A stretch of DNA of 64,000 nucleotides. Source: Candidatus Latescibacterota bacterium (GTDB lineage: Bacteria > Latescibacterota > UBA2968 > GCA-2709665). Shown in pieces: positions 1 to 9,838 of the stretch (the first letter of the stretch is position 1; the number at the start of each line of letters is the position of its first letter). The translations under genes and the position numbers were made by a program. Below the pieces are notes generated by a model that did no database searches, was not told where the DNA came from, and was given only the letters and a program-made list of their open reading frames with translations. The stretch covers positions 4,320,001 to 4,384,000 of the forward strand of contig OZ250150.1 of the NCBI GenBank assembly GCA_965237675.1. The letters are read 5' to 3'.

Positions 1-500
1 TCGACCTCGATGCTTTTCCGCAACAATGCGACCTCGTCGGAGTTTTTCCGTTTGTGCAGACCCGCCAGCAAATCATCAACGGGCGCCCAGGTATCCGGCG
101 ACAGCCTTCGGTCCACCGTCTCCGCCAGGAGCCTTTCAAGACCCTCCTGTTGCCATCCGATACGGGAAACCGGCTTTGCGCCGCTCAGCCTTGACGACAC
201 CGCCTTGTCGAGAATACGGACGGGATCGGGATTCATCGTACTCATTTTGTGCCATTCGTAGGTGATCCGTTCATCCACCTGAGCGTCGCCCTCGTGTGTA
301 TGGGCGGCCAACCAGCAACCGCCGTCTGTCTCGAGAAACAGAAAAGCGGGAAAATAAAAGGCCGGAAAACCGGACAGCAACAGACCCGTGAAATAATAGA
401 TTTCGATATGATCGGTAAGCACGACAGCGTCAATTCCATCTGCGTTCAGTTTCCCGTGTAGCCTGTTCTGCCGGTCCCTGCAGCCTTCCGGTGTCAACAT
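1..500 (-). CDS. M24 family (Xaa-Pro) peptidase, N-terminal part; runs off the window edge
   Basis: Manual translation from ATG 500 (RBS AAGGAG) gives MLTPEGCRDRQNRLHGKLNADGIDAVVLTDHIEIYYFTG...LHKRKNSDEVALLRKSIEV. This fits a creatinase-N domain followed by the KxxxEIxxLR start of the M24 catalytic domain. Not in the ORF track because it is open-ended. Confidence 0.75.
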   Translation of the reverse strand, partial: MLTPEGCRDRQNRLHGKLNADGIDAVVLTDHIEIYYFTGLLLSGFPAFYFPAFLFLETDGGCWLAAHTHEGDAQVDERITYEWHKMSTMNPDPVRILDKAVSSRLSGAKPVSRIGWQQEGLERLLAETVDRRLSPDTWAPVDDLLAGLHKRKNSDEVALLRKSIEV

Positions 501-518
501 GAGAGGGACTCCTTTCCG

Positions 519-614
519 TAGTGTTCTGTCCCAAAAATATCTCACCATTCTCCCGACGATTCATCCCGACTCGTCGGCCGAATTTAGGCAACCTATTTCC
601 GGGACAGAACATTA
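519..614. mobile_element. MITE-like element, copy 1
   Basis: Terminal inverted repeats TAGTGTTCTGTCCC...GGGACAGAACATTA. Internal AAATATCTCACCATTC and GGCAACCTATTTCC are shared with copies at 27394 and 44881. Confidence 0.7.
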
Positions 615-794
615 GCATCCCGTTGAAAAAGTCCATCCGGTCTGCGGAGCAACTTTATCAACGGACTGTTAGCCGGGCTGTTTTGCTGTTCGGAATTCGG
701 TTTCTATCGTATGATAACAGAACCGGAGGCGGCCAGTCAAGCGAATTGGCAGCCTGAGATTCAAATTCGGGTACGATAAACTGAAAGGAACGTT

Positions 795-1829
795 ATGGCA
801 TCTTTTCGTGCCGGCGTGGTAGGCGCAGGAAGTATTTCGGTTCGACACATCAAGGCATGGCAGGCCCATCCCGATGTCGATTTGGCCTGTATTGCAGACA
901 TCAGCGAACAGGCCGCGAACAGCCGTGCGGATGAATTCGGCATCCGGAACCGACATACCGATTACGTGGAAATGTTCAACAAGGAAAATCTCGACATTCT
1001 CAGCATCTGCACGTGGATGAATACCCACGCGGAGATCGCCGTTTCCGCGGCGGAAACCGGCGTTGGCGGCATCCTGTGTGAAAAGCCGCTGGCCGGCAGC
1101 CTGGAGGAAGTGGATCTCATCCTGGACGCCGCAGAAAAAAACGGCACCCGGGTTGCGGTGGGCCATCACCAGCGGTTCCGCGGCGCATGCGAGAAAGGCC
1201 GGGAACTGGTGTTGGGAGGCGCGATCGGGCAGCCCGGACTCTTTCACGGAAACACGACGGGGGGCCTGCTGAACAACGGCAGCCACCTTGTCGACATCGC
1301 GCAATACATGATGGATGATCCCGCACCCGTCTGGGCGATCGGCCAGGTGGCACGACACACCGACCGCCACGAACGCCACGAACCTATCGAAGATCTTTGC
1401 ATGGGAGTCATCGCGCTGAACAACGGCGCACGCATCCTGATTGAAAGCGACGTGCCCGAGCCGGCTCCGCCCTATGGCGCGATGACACTGCACGGAACGG
1501 AGGGCACGCTCGTCGTCGGACCTCGGAAGGCGCAATTGCTCAATGGCCAGGGATGGCAGGACCTCGATGCGACCGATTCCAAAGACGTGGGCGTCGCACA
1601 GGCGGAGGAACTCGTGGACTGGATGGAAGGCCGCGTCAGCGAGCACCGTTGCGCCATCCGGAAGAACCGCACGGTTATTGAGATGCTCATGGCCATCTAT
1701 GAATCCGCCCGAATCCGCGACACCGTCACCTTTCCCCTCGCTTCCGGACCGTCACCGCTGAAACGGATGATCGAAAACAAAGACCTTCCGGTTACCGTAC
1801 CCGGGAAATATGACATCCGGATCAGGTAA
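795..1829 (+). CDS. Gfo/Idh/MocA family oxidoreductase
   Basis: GVVGAGSIS Rossmann motif, CEKPLA, GSHLVD; RBS AAGGA. Confidence 0.9.
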   Translation: MASFRAGVVGAGSISVRHIKAWQAHPDVDLACIADISEQAANSRADEFGIRNRHTDYVEMFNKENLDILSICTWMNTHAEIAVSAAETGVGGILCEKPLAGSLEEVDLILDAAEKNGTRVAVGHHQRFRGACEKGRELVLGGAIGQPGLFHGNTTGGLLNNGSHLVDIAQYMMDDPAPVWAIGQVARHTDRHERHEPIEDLCMGVIALNNGARILIESDVPEPAPPYGAMTLHGTEGTLVVGPRKAQLLNGQGWQDLDATDSKDVGVAQAEELVDWMEGRVSEHRCAIRKNRTVIEMLMAIYESARIRDTVTFPLASGPSPLKRMIENKDLPVTVPGKYDIRIR

Positions 1830-1854
1830 TCGATCGCGCCACCCAGCCCGGACT

Positions 1855-1921
1855 GTGATTCGTGTGATTGGTGTGATTAAAGGCTGATTAAAACCCGTGG
1901 AGAGACTGTGATTGATGTGAC
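1855..1921. repeat. short degenerate tandem repeat (TGTGATT-based, about 9 bp unit)
   Basis: tgtgattcg tgtgattgg tgtgattaa aggctgatta ... actgtgattgatgtgac. Confidence 0.5.
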
Positions 1922-2039
1922 TTTGGGAATGGCCTTAGGTGAGTGAGGGCGACATGAGGACATGGGTTGTACATCTTGAATAAGCCCGATCGGTTTCGAG
2001 GATCGGATCAACCCAACCAAAAACAGCAGAGGCATCGCG

Positions 2040-3239
2040 ATGGCTTCGCAACGCTGTACCCCCACAGTCACCGTCGGTCATACCAAGGCCGATATAACCG
2101 GAAGTGACAACAGGGCCGTTCAGGCCGCCGTGGATTATATCGCGGGTCTTGGCGGCGGGACCGTGGAGATCTGCCTAGGGACCTATACGATGCGGGACTC
2201 GCTTCACCTGAGGAACCGTGTCACGGTGCGCGGGCAGGGTAAAGAATCCGTTCTCCTGAAAGCGGATGCCGTTGAAAGCCCGCTCACCCTTGACGGCGAC
2301 TATGGCGAGGAACAGATCACCGTTGCCTCCCCCTCCGGCTTCGCGACCGGATACGGCGTCAGCGTTACGGACAACAGTTCGGTCGGTTTTCACACCGTCG
2401 TCTGTACGTTGATCTGGGCCGACGGCAACACATTCGGCGCCAGTAAGCCCATGCTGGGCGATTATCTCGTCTCCCGAAACGCCCGTGCCGCAACCACGTT
2501 TCCGGTGATTAGCGGATATGGCGTCGAAGGCGCGGGGATCGAAGATCTGACGATTCAGGGCAACCGGAAAAACAACCCGTACCTCAACGGATGCAGGGGC
2601 GCCGGCATTTTCCTTTATCGTAGCCACGGAACACGAATGACCCGCTGCACGGTTGAAGACTTCAACGGCGACGGCATCAGCTTCCAGCAGAGCAACGATG
2701 TGTCGGTGGACGGCTGCGTCTGCAACGGGAATACCCACCTGGGCCTTCACCCCGGCAGCGGAAGCGGGTCGCCCACCATACGAAACTGCCAGGCAGCCGG
2801 GAACGGGCGGATCGGCCTCTTCCTCTGCTGGCGGGTCAGGAACGGGCGTTTTGAAAACAACGCCCTCATTGACAACGGAGAGACCGGTATCTCCATCGGC
2901 CACAAAGACACGGACAACACATTCACCAATAACCGCGCCATCGGAAACAGAAATGAGGGCGTGCTGTTCCGCGACGAATCCGATGCGATGGCTGGGCATC
3001 GGAATTATTTCGAGAAGAACGAAATACTGGACAACGGAACTGGAGCCGATGGCTGCGGCATCCGCATCCTGGGAGAAACCCGCGACCTGACCTTTGTCAA
3101 CAACCGCATCGGCAATTCGCCGAAAGGCAAGCAACGAATCGGCATCATCATTGGAGAAAAATCGGATCGTATCCAACTCAAAGAGAATGAGTTATCCGGA
3201 AACATTGATCGAGAAATCGAAGACCGCCGTAAGAGGTAA
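2040..3239 (+). CDS. right-handed parallel beta-helix (pectate lyase-like) protein
   Basis: N-terminal AVQAAVD..GGGTVEI motif and repeated N-x-x-x-G-I beta-helix coils. Confidence 0.85.
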   Translation: MASQRCTPTVTVGHTKADITGSDNRAVQAAVDYIAGLGGGTVEICLGTYTMRDSLHLRNRVTVRGQGKESVLLKADAVESPLTLDGDYGEEQITVASPSGFATGYGVSVTDNSSVGFHTVVCTLIWADGNTFGASKPMLGDYLVSRNARAATTFPVISGYGVEGAGIEDLTIQGNRKNNPYLNGCRGAGIFLYRSHGTRMTRCTVEDFNGDGISFQQSNDVSVDGCVCNGNTHLGLHPGSGSGSPTIRNCQAAGNGRIGLFLCWRVRNGRFENNALIDNGETGISIGHKDTDNTFTNNRAIGNRNEGVLFRDESDAMAGHRNYFEKNEILDNGTGADGCGIRILGETRDLTFVNNRIGNSPKGKQRIGIIIGEKSDRIQLKENELSGNIDREIEDRRKR

Positions 3240-3706
3240 TGATGGCCAGTGCAGATAAGACGTTGAGAGAGACCATCGAAGACGCCTACGACTACCACGA
3301 CGCGCTTGTCGAAGAAAGTGACAGGGGCGCAGCTGTGCTTGCCGCATCGAGATTTGAGGAATTCTTACGTGTGGCCATTAGCGAAAGGCTCATTGATCTA
3401 AACGAAAAGGACCAAAAGACAATATTCGGTCCGCGTGGGCTACTTTCGGAATTCTATAGAAGAACAAACATCGCCTACGCCTTGGGATACTATGACCGCG
3501 ATACTCTACGCGGACTAGATATCATTCGAAGGATTCGCGACAGATTTGCTCATTCAATTGAGCCGATGGGATTTGATCATCCCGATATAGCCAATCAATG
3601 TCGAAATCTTGTTACTCTTCGGAGTGTTGATGATTCGCGCGAACGGTATCTGACCTATCTGCGGGAGACGGAGGACGAAGTTCGGCGAAAAATGCTTAGT
3701 GGCTAG
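3239..3706 (+). CDS. MtlR/MltR-family (HEPN-fold) protein
   Basis: ESDRGAAVLAAS, AYALG and IRRIRDRFAH (RxxxxH) motifs. Confidence 0.7.
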   Translation: MMASADKTLRETIEDAYDYHDALVEESDRGAAVLAASRFEEFLRVAISERLIDLNEKDQKTIFGPRGLLSEFYRRTNIAYALGYYDRDTLRGLDIIRRIRDRFAHSIEPMGFDHPDIANQCRNLVTLRSVDDSRERYLTYLRETEDEVRRKMLSG

Positions 3707-3872
3707 ATTTGTCGGACGAAAGAAGTTGCCATTTTAGCATCTCTATATGCCACAATAGCATATAGCTTCGCTGGCGTGTACGGAAATCGTGATGAGCAGA
3801 ATGTCAAACGAACGGAAGTGTTGCGACGCTGTGATCAGGGTCCTGGAAGAAAAAACGAGTGAGACTCGAAGA

Positions 3873-3899
3873 GGTGTCTGGTCTCCGGAGGTAACTCCA
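3873..3899. mobile_element. orphan IS3-family-like terminal repeat
   Basis: Reverse complement TGGAGTTACCTCCGGAGACCAGACACC resembles IS2/IS3 ends and shares GGTAACTCCA with 4644-4669. Confidence 0.4.
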
Positions 3900-4007
3900 C
3901 TTTAACGACCTCGCCATGTCTTTTGGGATTTTTCTTCCGCTCCGCCGAACGAAAACAAGGAACCCAGAAACACGAAAATACGCGAAAACAACCTCGATTC
4001 TCTACAT

Positions 4008-4433
4008 TTATCGGGGATCAAATGTCGTGGCCGTTCCCCAATAAGTTACAGTAGTAAGCCCTAACGAAACACTCTCAAAGTACTGCAACCCTGGTCCATC
4101 AAATCGATGTGATTCAGAGAGAATGCGTTGGTCCAGAACCTTTATCCATCCTCCGCCACGATGGTCAGAGAATATGTGAAAAATACCGCTGTTATTATAA
4201 GCCAATTTTCGGTTTTCTCGACTTGCCCAACGAAAAGAGAGCCCGTCCCGGATAATCGTAGCCCGATTCTTCTCGCTCTCTTTGTGTGCAAGAAGCTCCC
4301 GACGAGTCCCTTGCCGATCTGAAACGACCCGCGTTTCCGGCACCGCATCCAATACCACGTGTGGGCGAGTCTGTGTACCTATCGTTTCCACGGACGCGAT
4401 TAACACAACGAAAAGCAGAACTAGATTACGCAC
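4008..4433 (-). CDS. exported hypothetical protein
   Basis: GTG 4433 with AAGGA RBS; hydrophobic signal VRNLVLLFVVLIAS; the ORF track extends it to 4517. Confidence 0.6.
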   Translation of the reverse strand: MRNLVLLFVVLIASVETIGTQTRPHVVLDAVPETRVVSDRQGTRRELLAHKESEKNRATIIRDGLSFRWASRENRKLAYNNSGIFHIFSDHRGGGWIKVLDQRILSESHRFDGPGLQYFESVSLGLTTVTYWGTATTFDPR

Positions 4434-4539
4434 AAGTCCTTTTTTCTCTCTTACACCATTCATGCGGTCAACTCCTTGTATTTCAGCCGCTTGCCAATTA
4501 TATACAGCACAATCCACGCCGTGCGGATCGAGACGTCGA

Positions 4540-4641
4540 GTGAGCAGTCGGCGAATTATGTCTTCCGTGCGCGATCTGACGGATCAGTTTATCGATGAGT
4601 GGAACAAGGTGAATAGGCCGGACGGGAAGTGTGTGGAGTAA
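4540..4641 (+). pseudogene. C-terminal fragment paralogous to the gene at 12401-14649
   Basis: IMSSVRDLTDQFIDEWNKVNRPDGKC* aligns with ILRMVDKYTDIFIKEWTKVNKPGC. Confidence 0.6.
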
Positions 4642-4643
4642 AA

Positions 4644-4669
4644 CCGTCCGCTAAACCGGGGTAACTCCA
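4644..4669. mobile_element. orphan IS3-family-like terminal repeat
   Basis: CCGTCCGCTAAACCGGGGTAACTCCA, a typical IS3-type ...CA end; no transposase nearby. Confidence 0.45.
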
Positions 4670-4710
4670 GTGTTGAGGTTAGCTAATCGGTAGCAAAGAG
4701 GAGGGGCGAG

Positions 4711-5457
4711 ATGCGTTTACTTATCGTGATGTGGTATCTATTATTCGTCCCAACGTTAGTTTTCGGTGATCATCATTTCTCAGACCCGGTAATTGGACAC
4801 ATACCAATAACCCCCGTTACACAAGTTGAACTCTATACCATAGAGCATGGCGACTGTCAGGCTTCGAGTCGTGTGATGGCCCGTCTTGATATTGTTTTAC
4901 AAGAGAAAGGTATTGAATCTGTTCGTGTGGCTGTTCCTGCCGTACACGCTAAACTTACACAGCTTCTGGACAAAGAAGAACGTTCTGGTGAATGTGAAGG
5001 AGAATACGCCCTTAGCCTGGTGGGGTTTTTGGGTGAGATTGGAGACCCTGGATCCAAGTCGATTCTATTAAGGGCGATTCGAAAGTCAATTGGGACTGCG
5101 CACATTGGCTTGGCTAAAATGGACTCTGCTGTTGACAGTGTGATAACTTACCTACAACATGATCAATTACGTACACGTGGTACAGCGGGTCACACTTTGG
5201 TCAGAATGTACATGAGTAAACCGTCTTTGTTTAGTGAATCACAGATAAAGTTGATAAGACGCATGCTTATGGAGAATTTAGAACGATATGTGTATAAGGG
5301 CACATATTGTTTTGCCTTGGCTACGTTTGGCGATTCGACAGCCATCCCTATTTTGAGACAAATTGCCACTAAGGACACATTAACCGGGTTCGGTGGTCGA
5401 AAATATCTAAATCGACGTATGGCACAATACGCGATTGATAAAATTCGAGCACGATAA
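4711..5457 (+). CDS. secreted HEAT-repeat protein
   Basis: RBS GAGGAGG; signal peptide; HEAT-like units LGEIGDP, ALATFGDSTAIPIL, RRMAQYAIDKI. Confidence 0.7.
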   Translation: MRLLIVMWYLLFVPTLVFGDHHFSDPVIGHIPITPVTQVELYTIEHGDCQASSRVMARLDIVLQEKGIESVRVAVPAVHAKLTQLLDKEERSGECEGEYALSLVGFLGEIGDPGSKSILLRAIRKSIGTAHIGLAKMDSAVDSVITYLQHDQLRTRGTAGHTLVRMYMSKPSLFSESQIKLIRRMLMENLERYVYKGTYCFALATFGDSTAIPILRQIATKDTLTGFGGRKYLNRRMAQYAIDKIRAR

Positions 5458-5932
5458 GTGTTCGCGCACTTGTGGATAGAGGTTATGAGAAAATCTCTAC
5501 TAATCTTAATAGTAATGTTGGGCAGTTGCGGGGCGGGTTATTTGTCTATTTGGCAGATAAGTCAAGTACGTTCACCGTTTGAGGGTTTTGCTGTATTAGA
5601 GCGGAAGGGTGAAATTGCACCCACTTATCGCAATTGGCACTTTGGACACAGTGACACGATAGATTGTTCTCTGTTACTTTTAACCACCGTTGTCGCGATT
5701 GAGTATCCCAAGACTCGTTTTCTAGCTGGCGAACGCCCTGAATCCTCTCAACAAGACGTGGCTTTTAGAATGAGTGGTAAACAGAAAGGTAGAGATCGAG
5801 TTTGTGTAGTTCCTGAGGTATTTACCGAAACCAAGAATGGCCGGAATATAATTCTGATCCCGGCGAATTTTTCTAAACGCATACTGAGAGATATACAATC
5901 AAACCGGTACCACACCCTTTCTGTTTACCTAA

Positions 5933-7628
5933 CCTGATCAATTCATGAATCGTCACGGATTGCAGTTTCAGGAAGCAGAACCAGCTACCGAGTGAATTGA
6001 GAAACGGAAGAAAAGCCGGCTGTGACGGATTTGGTGTTTTCGAGCCGCTTCAGTGGCACCTGCTGGTAACACGGTAGGGCGGTGGAGTCAGGTTGACCTT
6101 TATGCCCCGGTCAAAAGCACAGACGTGTGCCTGGGTTTTGGTGGTGTCGAGCAAGACGTGACAGCGGATGCAACCGGACGATGTTATGGAACGGACGATG
6201 CCAGATTGTAAAGGATTTTGCCATAGAGGTGTTTGAGTGGAAATGCCGTTGGCAGATGGAACGTGATTTTGGTTTTCATCTCACAAACGCGTCCGGCGAC
6301 CTTCAAGAGGCGATTTTGCAACGTATTAACCTGGGCGTTCGTCCACGTGGTGCCGCGCAATCCAATTTCAGCCAAGGTCTGCAACAACACATAGGCGGCG
6401 CTGTGGAGAAAGAGCCGGAAGTGATTGGCCTCGAACGTGTGACAAGAGGTGCGATCGGAATGGAGAAAGGTCTTGTGATTCTTGATGAAGCCTTCCATCC
6501 TGCCGCGTCCACAATAGACGGTTTTGTAGATGAATGAAGGGTTGGCGCGTTTCAGGTTGGTGGCCACGAAACGGATATTGTGTCCTTGCGGTGTCACTTC
6601 CGCCTTACAGATGATGCGTTGTGGCGAAGCCCAGGTGCTGGACTGATCGTCCCACGAGGTATAAAGGCGCACGGTTTTTCCAGAAGCGGCATACAGCGCT
6701 TTGGCCTGGTCCATCAAGGGCTGTGCCCTGACAAGCAGCTTGGCGTTGCCGCTTTGTCCAAGGGCAAAATACACATCCTGATCCTCACACAGCTCGTGAA
6801 CTTCCGGACACGAAAAATGTGAATCGCCACGCAACAGGATCGCCACATGGGGCCAAGCGCGACGCAGGTAGGCGATCACCCGTTTGAGAATCGAAACGAT
6901 CTGTTTGCCCGAAGGCCGCGCGCCAGGACGCAGAACCGTCGTGATCAACTTGCCGGTTTGTCCTTCATAGATATGCAACGGCTGGTAGCAATGACTCTTA
7001 AAATACGCATTGAATAACGACAACTGCCCAGACCCGTACACTTTGTCTTCCGTATCGTCGATATCCAGCAGGATGGCTTCGGGCGGTTGCTTATACGAGG
7101 CGATAAACCCATCGGCAAAGGCCTGGCCGATCCGATATAGGTCACGTCTGTTGATCCGGTTTTCCAACCGACTCATCGTGGGTTGACTGGCCAGCGCCGC
7201 ACCGGAGACCGGCAACCGATCACAGGCCGCCTTGAAGCCGGGGTCCGTGCGCAACGCATTGCAATCGTTCGCATCCTCATACCCACACGCCATCTGAAAC
7301 ACACGCTGACTGACCAGGTCCGCCAATGAGTGATCCACATAACTGGGATGCCGACTATCGGTTAAGGCCTCAGTGATCCGACATAAAATGCCGATCTTGG
7401 CCTCCACCTCCCGTATCAGCATCACCCCGCTGTCGCTGGTCAGGATACCCCCATCGAACGCGGCTTCTACCTGTTTGCCCAAAAGACTTGCGAAAGACAC
7501 CCTGTGATGTTTATCTTGAATCTCCACGGTAGTTTCCTCCCGGTTCATTGTGTTAAGGTTATTCGGCTAACCATAATATAATACAATGACTTGGGTATGG
7601 AAACTACCTTTTTTGTGAATTATTCAGA
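5933..7628 (-). mobile_element. IS1380-family insertion sequence, copy A
   Basis: Ends CCTGATCAATTCAT / GTGAATTATTCAGA; flanks CTAA / CTAG; encodes a transposase. Confidence 0.9.
6184..7548 (-). CDS. IS1380-family transposase (likely start GTG 7527)
   Basis: FDGGILTSDSG, GYEDAND, LDIDDT, RGDSHF, RGRMEGFIK motifs. Confidence 0.95.
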   Translation of the reverse strand: MNREETTVEIQDKHHRVSFASLLGKQVEAAFDGGILTSDSGVMLIREVEAKIGILCRITEALTDSRHPSYVDHSLADLVSQRVFQMACGYEDANDCNALRTDPGFKAACDRLPVSGAALASQPTMSRLENRINRRDLYRIGQAFADGFIASYKQPPEAILLDIDDTEDKVYGSGQLSLFNAYFKSHCYQPLHIYEGQTGKLITTVLRPGARPSGKQIVSILKRVIAYLRRAWPHVAILLRGDSHFSCPEVHELCEDQDVYFALGQSGNAKLLVRAQPLMDQAKALYAASGKTVRLYTSWDDQSSTWASPQRIICKAEVTPQGHNIRFVATNLKRANPSFIYKTVYCGRGRMEGFIKNHKTFLHSDRTSCHTFEANHFRLFLHSAAYVLLQTLAEIGLRGTTWTNAQVNTLQNRLLKVAGRVCEMKTKITFHLPTAFPLKHLYGKILYNLASSVP

Positions 7629-7793
7629 CTAGGTTCTTTTCCGAGAGAAATGCCAAAAGATCCCAGGGCCTTTATAAAGAACCTTGTTGATTGGACATTC
7701 AAGTTTGATCTGGCGGGCGGTAGGTCGGCGGTTAGAAGGTTGCGCGACAGCACACGACACAATTGAATTAATCATAGGTGGAATGAAAATATA

Positions 7794-8933
7794 ATGAGTT
7801 TCCGATTTTTCTACATCGCCTGTCTCCTCTCGCTGTCCCTCTCCTGTTCCAAGTCCCAGGACCCGATCTCCAACGATACAATAAGAATCGGTTTCCTGGT
7901 CTCCGGCGATCGTTCCTCGTATGCAGATGCGGCCTCGTTGGCTGTAGACGAGATCAACACGAACGGTGGGCTGCTCGACAGAACAGTCGAACTGGTAACA
8001 CGAACCAATATTGTGGATGCCTCAGTAGCGGTCCAGGCCGCTCAACAGATGATCCAGAATGATAGGGTCTTCGCGATCCTCGGCCCCAACCGCTCAACCC
8101 ACGCGGTTCACGTGGGGCCGGTTGCTCAGCAGGCACAGATTCCTATGATAACGACCGGGGCCACTAACCCGAACGTGACGCGGGCGGGTCACTTCGTATT
8201 TATGGCAGCTTTTACTGATCAGTTCCAGGGCGCGGTTCTCGCCCGTTTTGCGTGGGAAGATTTGGGTAAGTCTGTAGCGGCGGTCCTGACCCTAGAGGGT
8301 GATGTATATACTGAAGGTATTTCAATGTTCTTTGTTTCCCATTTCACTGAGCTCGGCGGGACGGTCGTCGCAAACGAGGTTTTCTCTGCCGGCGATACCA
8401 CCTTTACAGAACAGCTTGGGCGGATCTCCGAGGCCGAACCGGATGTATTCTTTATTTCGGGCTTGGTCTCGGATATGACCCACGTGGTCCGGGAAACGAG
8501 AACTGCTCCCGTGCTGAACGCCCAGGGCACACCTGTAGTCCTCCTGGGCGCTGATGCTTGGGACAATCCGTTGTTTCTGGATGCGGTACTGGCCGATGTC
8601 GAAGGAAGTTTCTTTAGCGGACACTTCTCCGCGGAGTCAACCGAACCTGGCGCGAGGATGTTCGTAGAGGCGTACGTGGCCGCATACCAACGTACCCCCA
8701 GCGGTGGGGATGCAGTTAGTTATGACGCTGTATGGGTGCTCTCTGAGGCGGTAGAACGGGCGAGAAGTTTTGAGGGAGAGGTGGTCCGGAACCAGCTAAC
8801 GGCAACGCGAGATTACGGGGGGGCGACTCAGATCGCGCGGTATGATGAAAACCGACATCCGACCAAGAGTGCGGCGATATTGACTATTCGGGATGGGGAA
8901 AGAAGGTTCTTCAAGGAGGTTGGGGCGGAATGA
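7794..8933 (+). CDS. ABC branched-chain amino acid-type substrate-binding lipoprotein (LivJ/LivK-like)
   Basis: Lipobox LSLSC; AVDEINTNGGLLDR; periplasmic binding protein type I pattern; no permease genes adjacent. Confidence 0.9.
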   Translation: MSFRFFYIACLLSLSLSCSKSQDPISNDTIRIGFLVSGDRSSYADAASLAVDEINTNGGLLDRTVELVTRTNIVDASVAVQAAQQMIQNDRVFAILGPNRSTHAVHVGPVAQQAQIPMITTGATNPNVTRAGHFVFMAAFTDQFQGAVLARFAWEDLGKSVAAVLTLEGDVYTEGISMFFVSHFTELGGTVVANEVFSAGDTTFTEQLGRISEAEPDVFFISGLVSDMTHVVRETRTAPVLNAQGTPVVLLGADAWDNPLFLDAVLADVEGSFFSGHFSAESTEPGARMFVEAYVAAYQRTPSGGDAVSYDAVWVLSEAVERARSFEGEVVRNQLTATRDYGGATQIARYDENRHPTKSAAILTIRDGERRFFKEVGAE

Positions 8934-9447
8934 AGGTGTAGAGAGAGACCAGGACAAGGTGTTCGCGTAACACAACGAGGCCCTTGGGCTATTACTCGAT
9001 TATTTAAATTGCCCAGCGGCTCGCCGGCTACGTGCCATTCACGACTTTATCGCTGATACAATAGTAATTCGGACGAATACTGAAACGATCTTCGACTGGT
9101 CTGATTAAACCGATCCTGCAGTGGCCGCATATCGGCGATCATTAAAAGACAGCGAATCGATATCTCAGTTGGAAAAAAATTGGACCGTATCGAACTCAGG
9201 GACAACGACGTATGCGGGGACATTAGACTCGAAATCGACGACCACACGGAATGTATAGCGATGGAGCAATTCCGATCAGCGATATCGGTGGTTGGCAGCC
9301 GCGCTGTTGGATATACAGCCCCGTTTGCGGAGGATCAAAGGGTTCCGCTTTCTTCCCGCACTCAGACTTGCCCTACGCAAAGAACTGAAGCTCGATTTTG
9401 ACACCCAAGACGCTTTCGCCGCTGACTGAACGCCTCTGATATTTCAA

Positions 9448-9618
9448 CTAAAAATAGTACTTGCCCGAAATGAGCGCCTGGGGCGGATACTGTTTCAGTA
9501 ACTCAGTGGCCTTGTCTACATCCAGTCGCAATAAAATTGACAACAGTTCCTCGTTCCTTAACGCCTCCGCGCCCAGGGCTTCCAGCTTCTCCTGGGCTAG
9601 CATTGCCCGGTAAGACAT
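9448..9618 (-). pseudogene. RadC/JAB N-terminal fragment
   Basis: QEKLEALGAEALRNEELLSILL matches the RadC N-terminal REKLxxxGAEALSDxELLAILL motif; the JAB domain is absent. Confidence 0.65.
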
Positions 9619-9621
9619 AAA

Positions 9622-9680
9622 TAATCCTCTCACAAAGGGTTAGGGGCTTGTAAGCCCTTTAACCTACGTAAGAGGATTAT
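9622..9680 (-). promoter_or_regulatory. long hairpin sequestering the RBS of the RadC fragment
   Basis: ATAATCCTCT...GGTTAGGGGCTT-GT-AAGCCCTTTAACC...AGAGGATTAT inverted repeat. Confidence 0.5.
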
Positions 9681-9804
9681 CGGAATACAATCAAAACTTT
9701 GGGAAAAGCGATATAGATGGTGTTACGTCGTTAAGCGCGTTTTAAGCGCTCCTCGGGTCGCGCTCGGGTTTGTTTGGCGGTAAAGTTTAGTGTAGACCCT
9801 GCAC

Positions 9805-9838
9805 GGGTGCCTGGCGATGTCTCAGGGTGCCTGGCGAT
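9805..9838. repeat. 14-bp direct repeat, 20-bp period
   Basis: GGGTGCCTGGCGAT at 9805 and 9825. Confidence 0.6.

Larger units (their letters stand above)
5485..7766 (+). pseudogene. lipoprotein gene interrupted by IS1380 (5485-5932 + 7633-7766)
   Basis: Lipobox LGSC. Removing 5933-7632 restores the frame: ...LSVYL-(G/S)SFPREMPKDPRAFIKNLVDWTFKFDLAGGRSAVRRLRDSTRHN*. Confidence 0.7.

Noticed and set aside
8960-9440. Short ORFs between the binding protein and the RadC fragment
   Set aside because: Multiple stops in all frames and no motif; at most a decayed gene.
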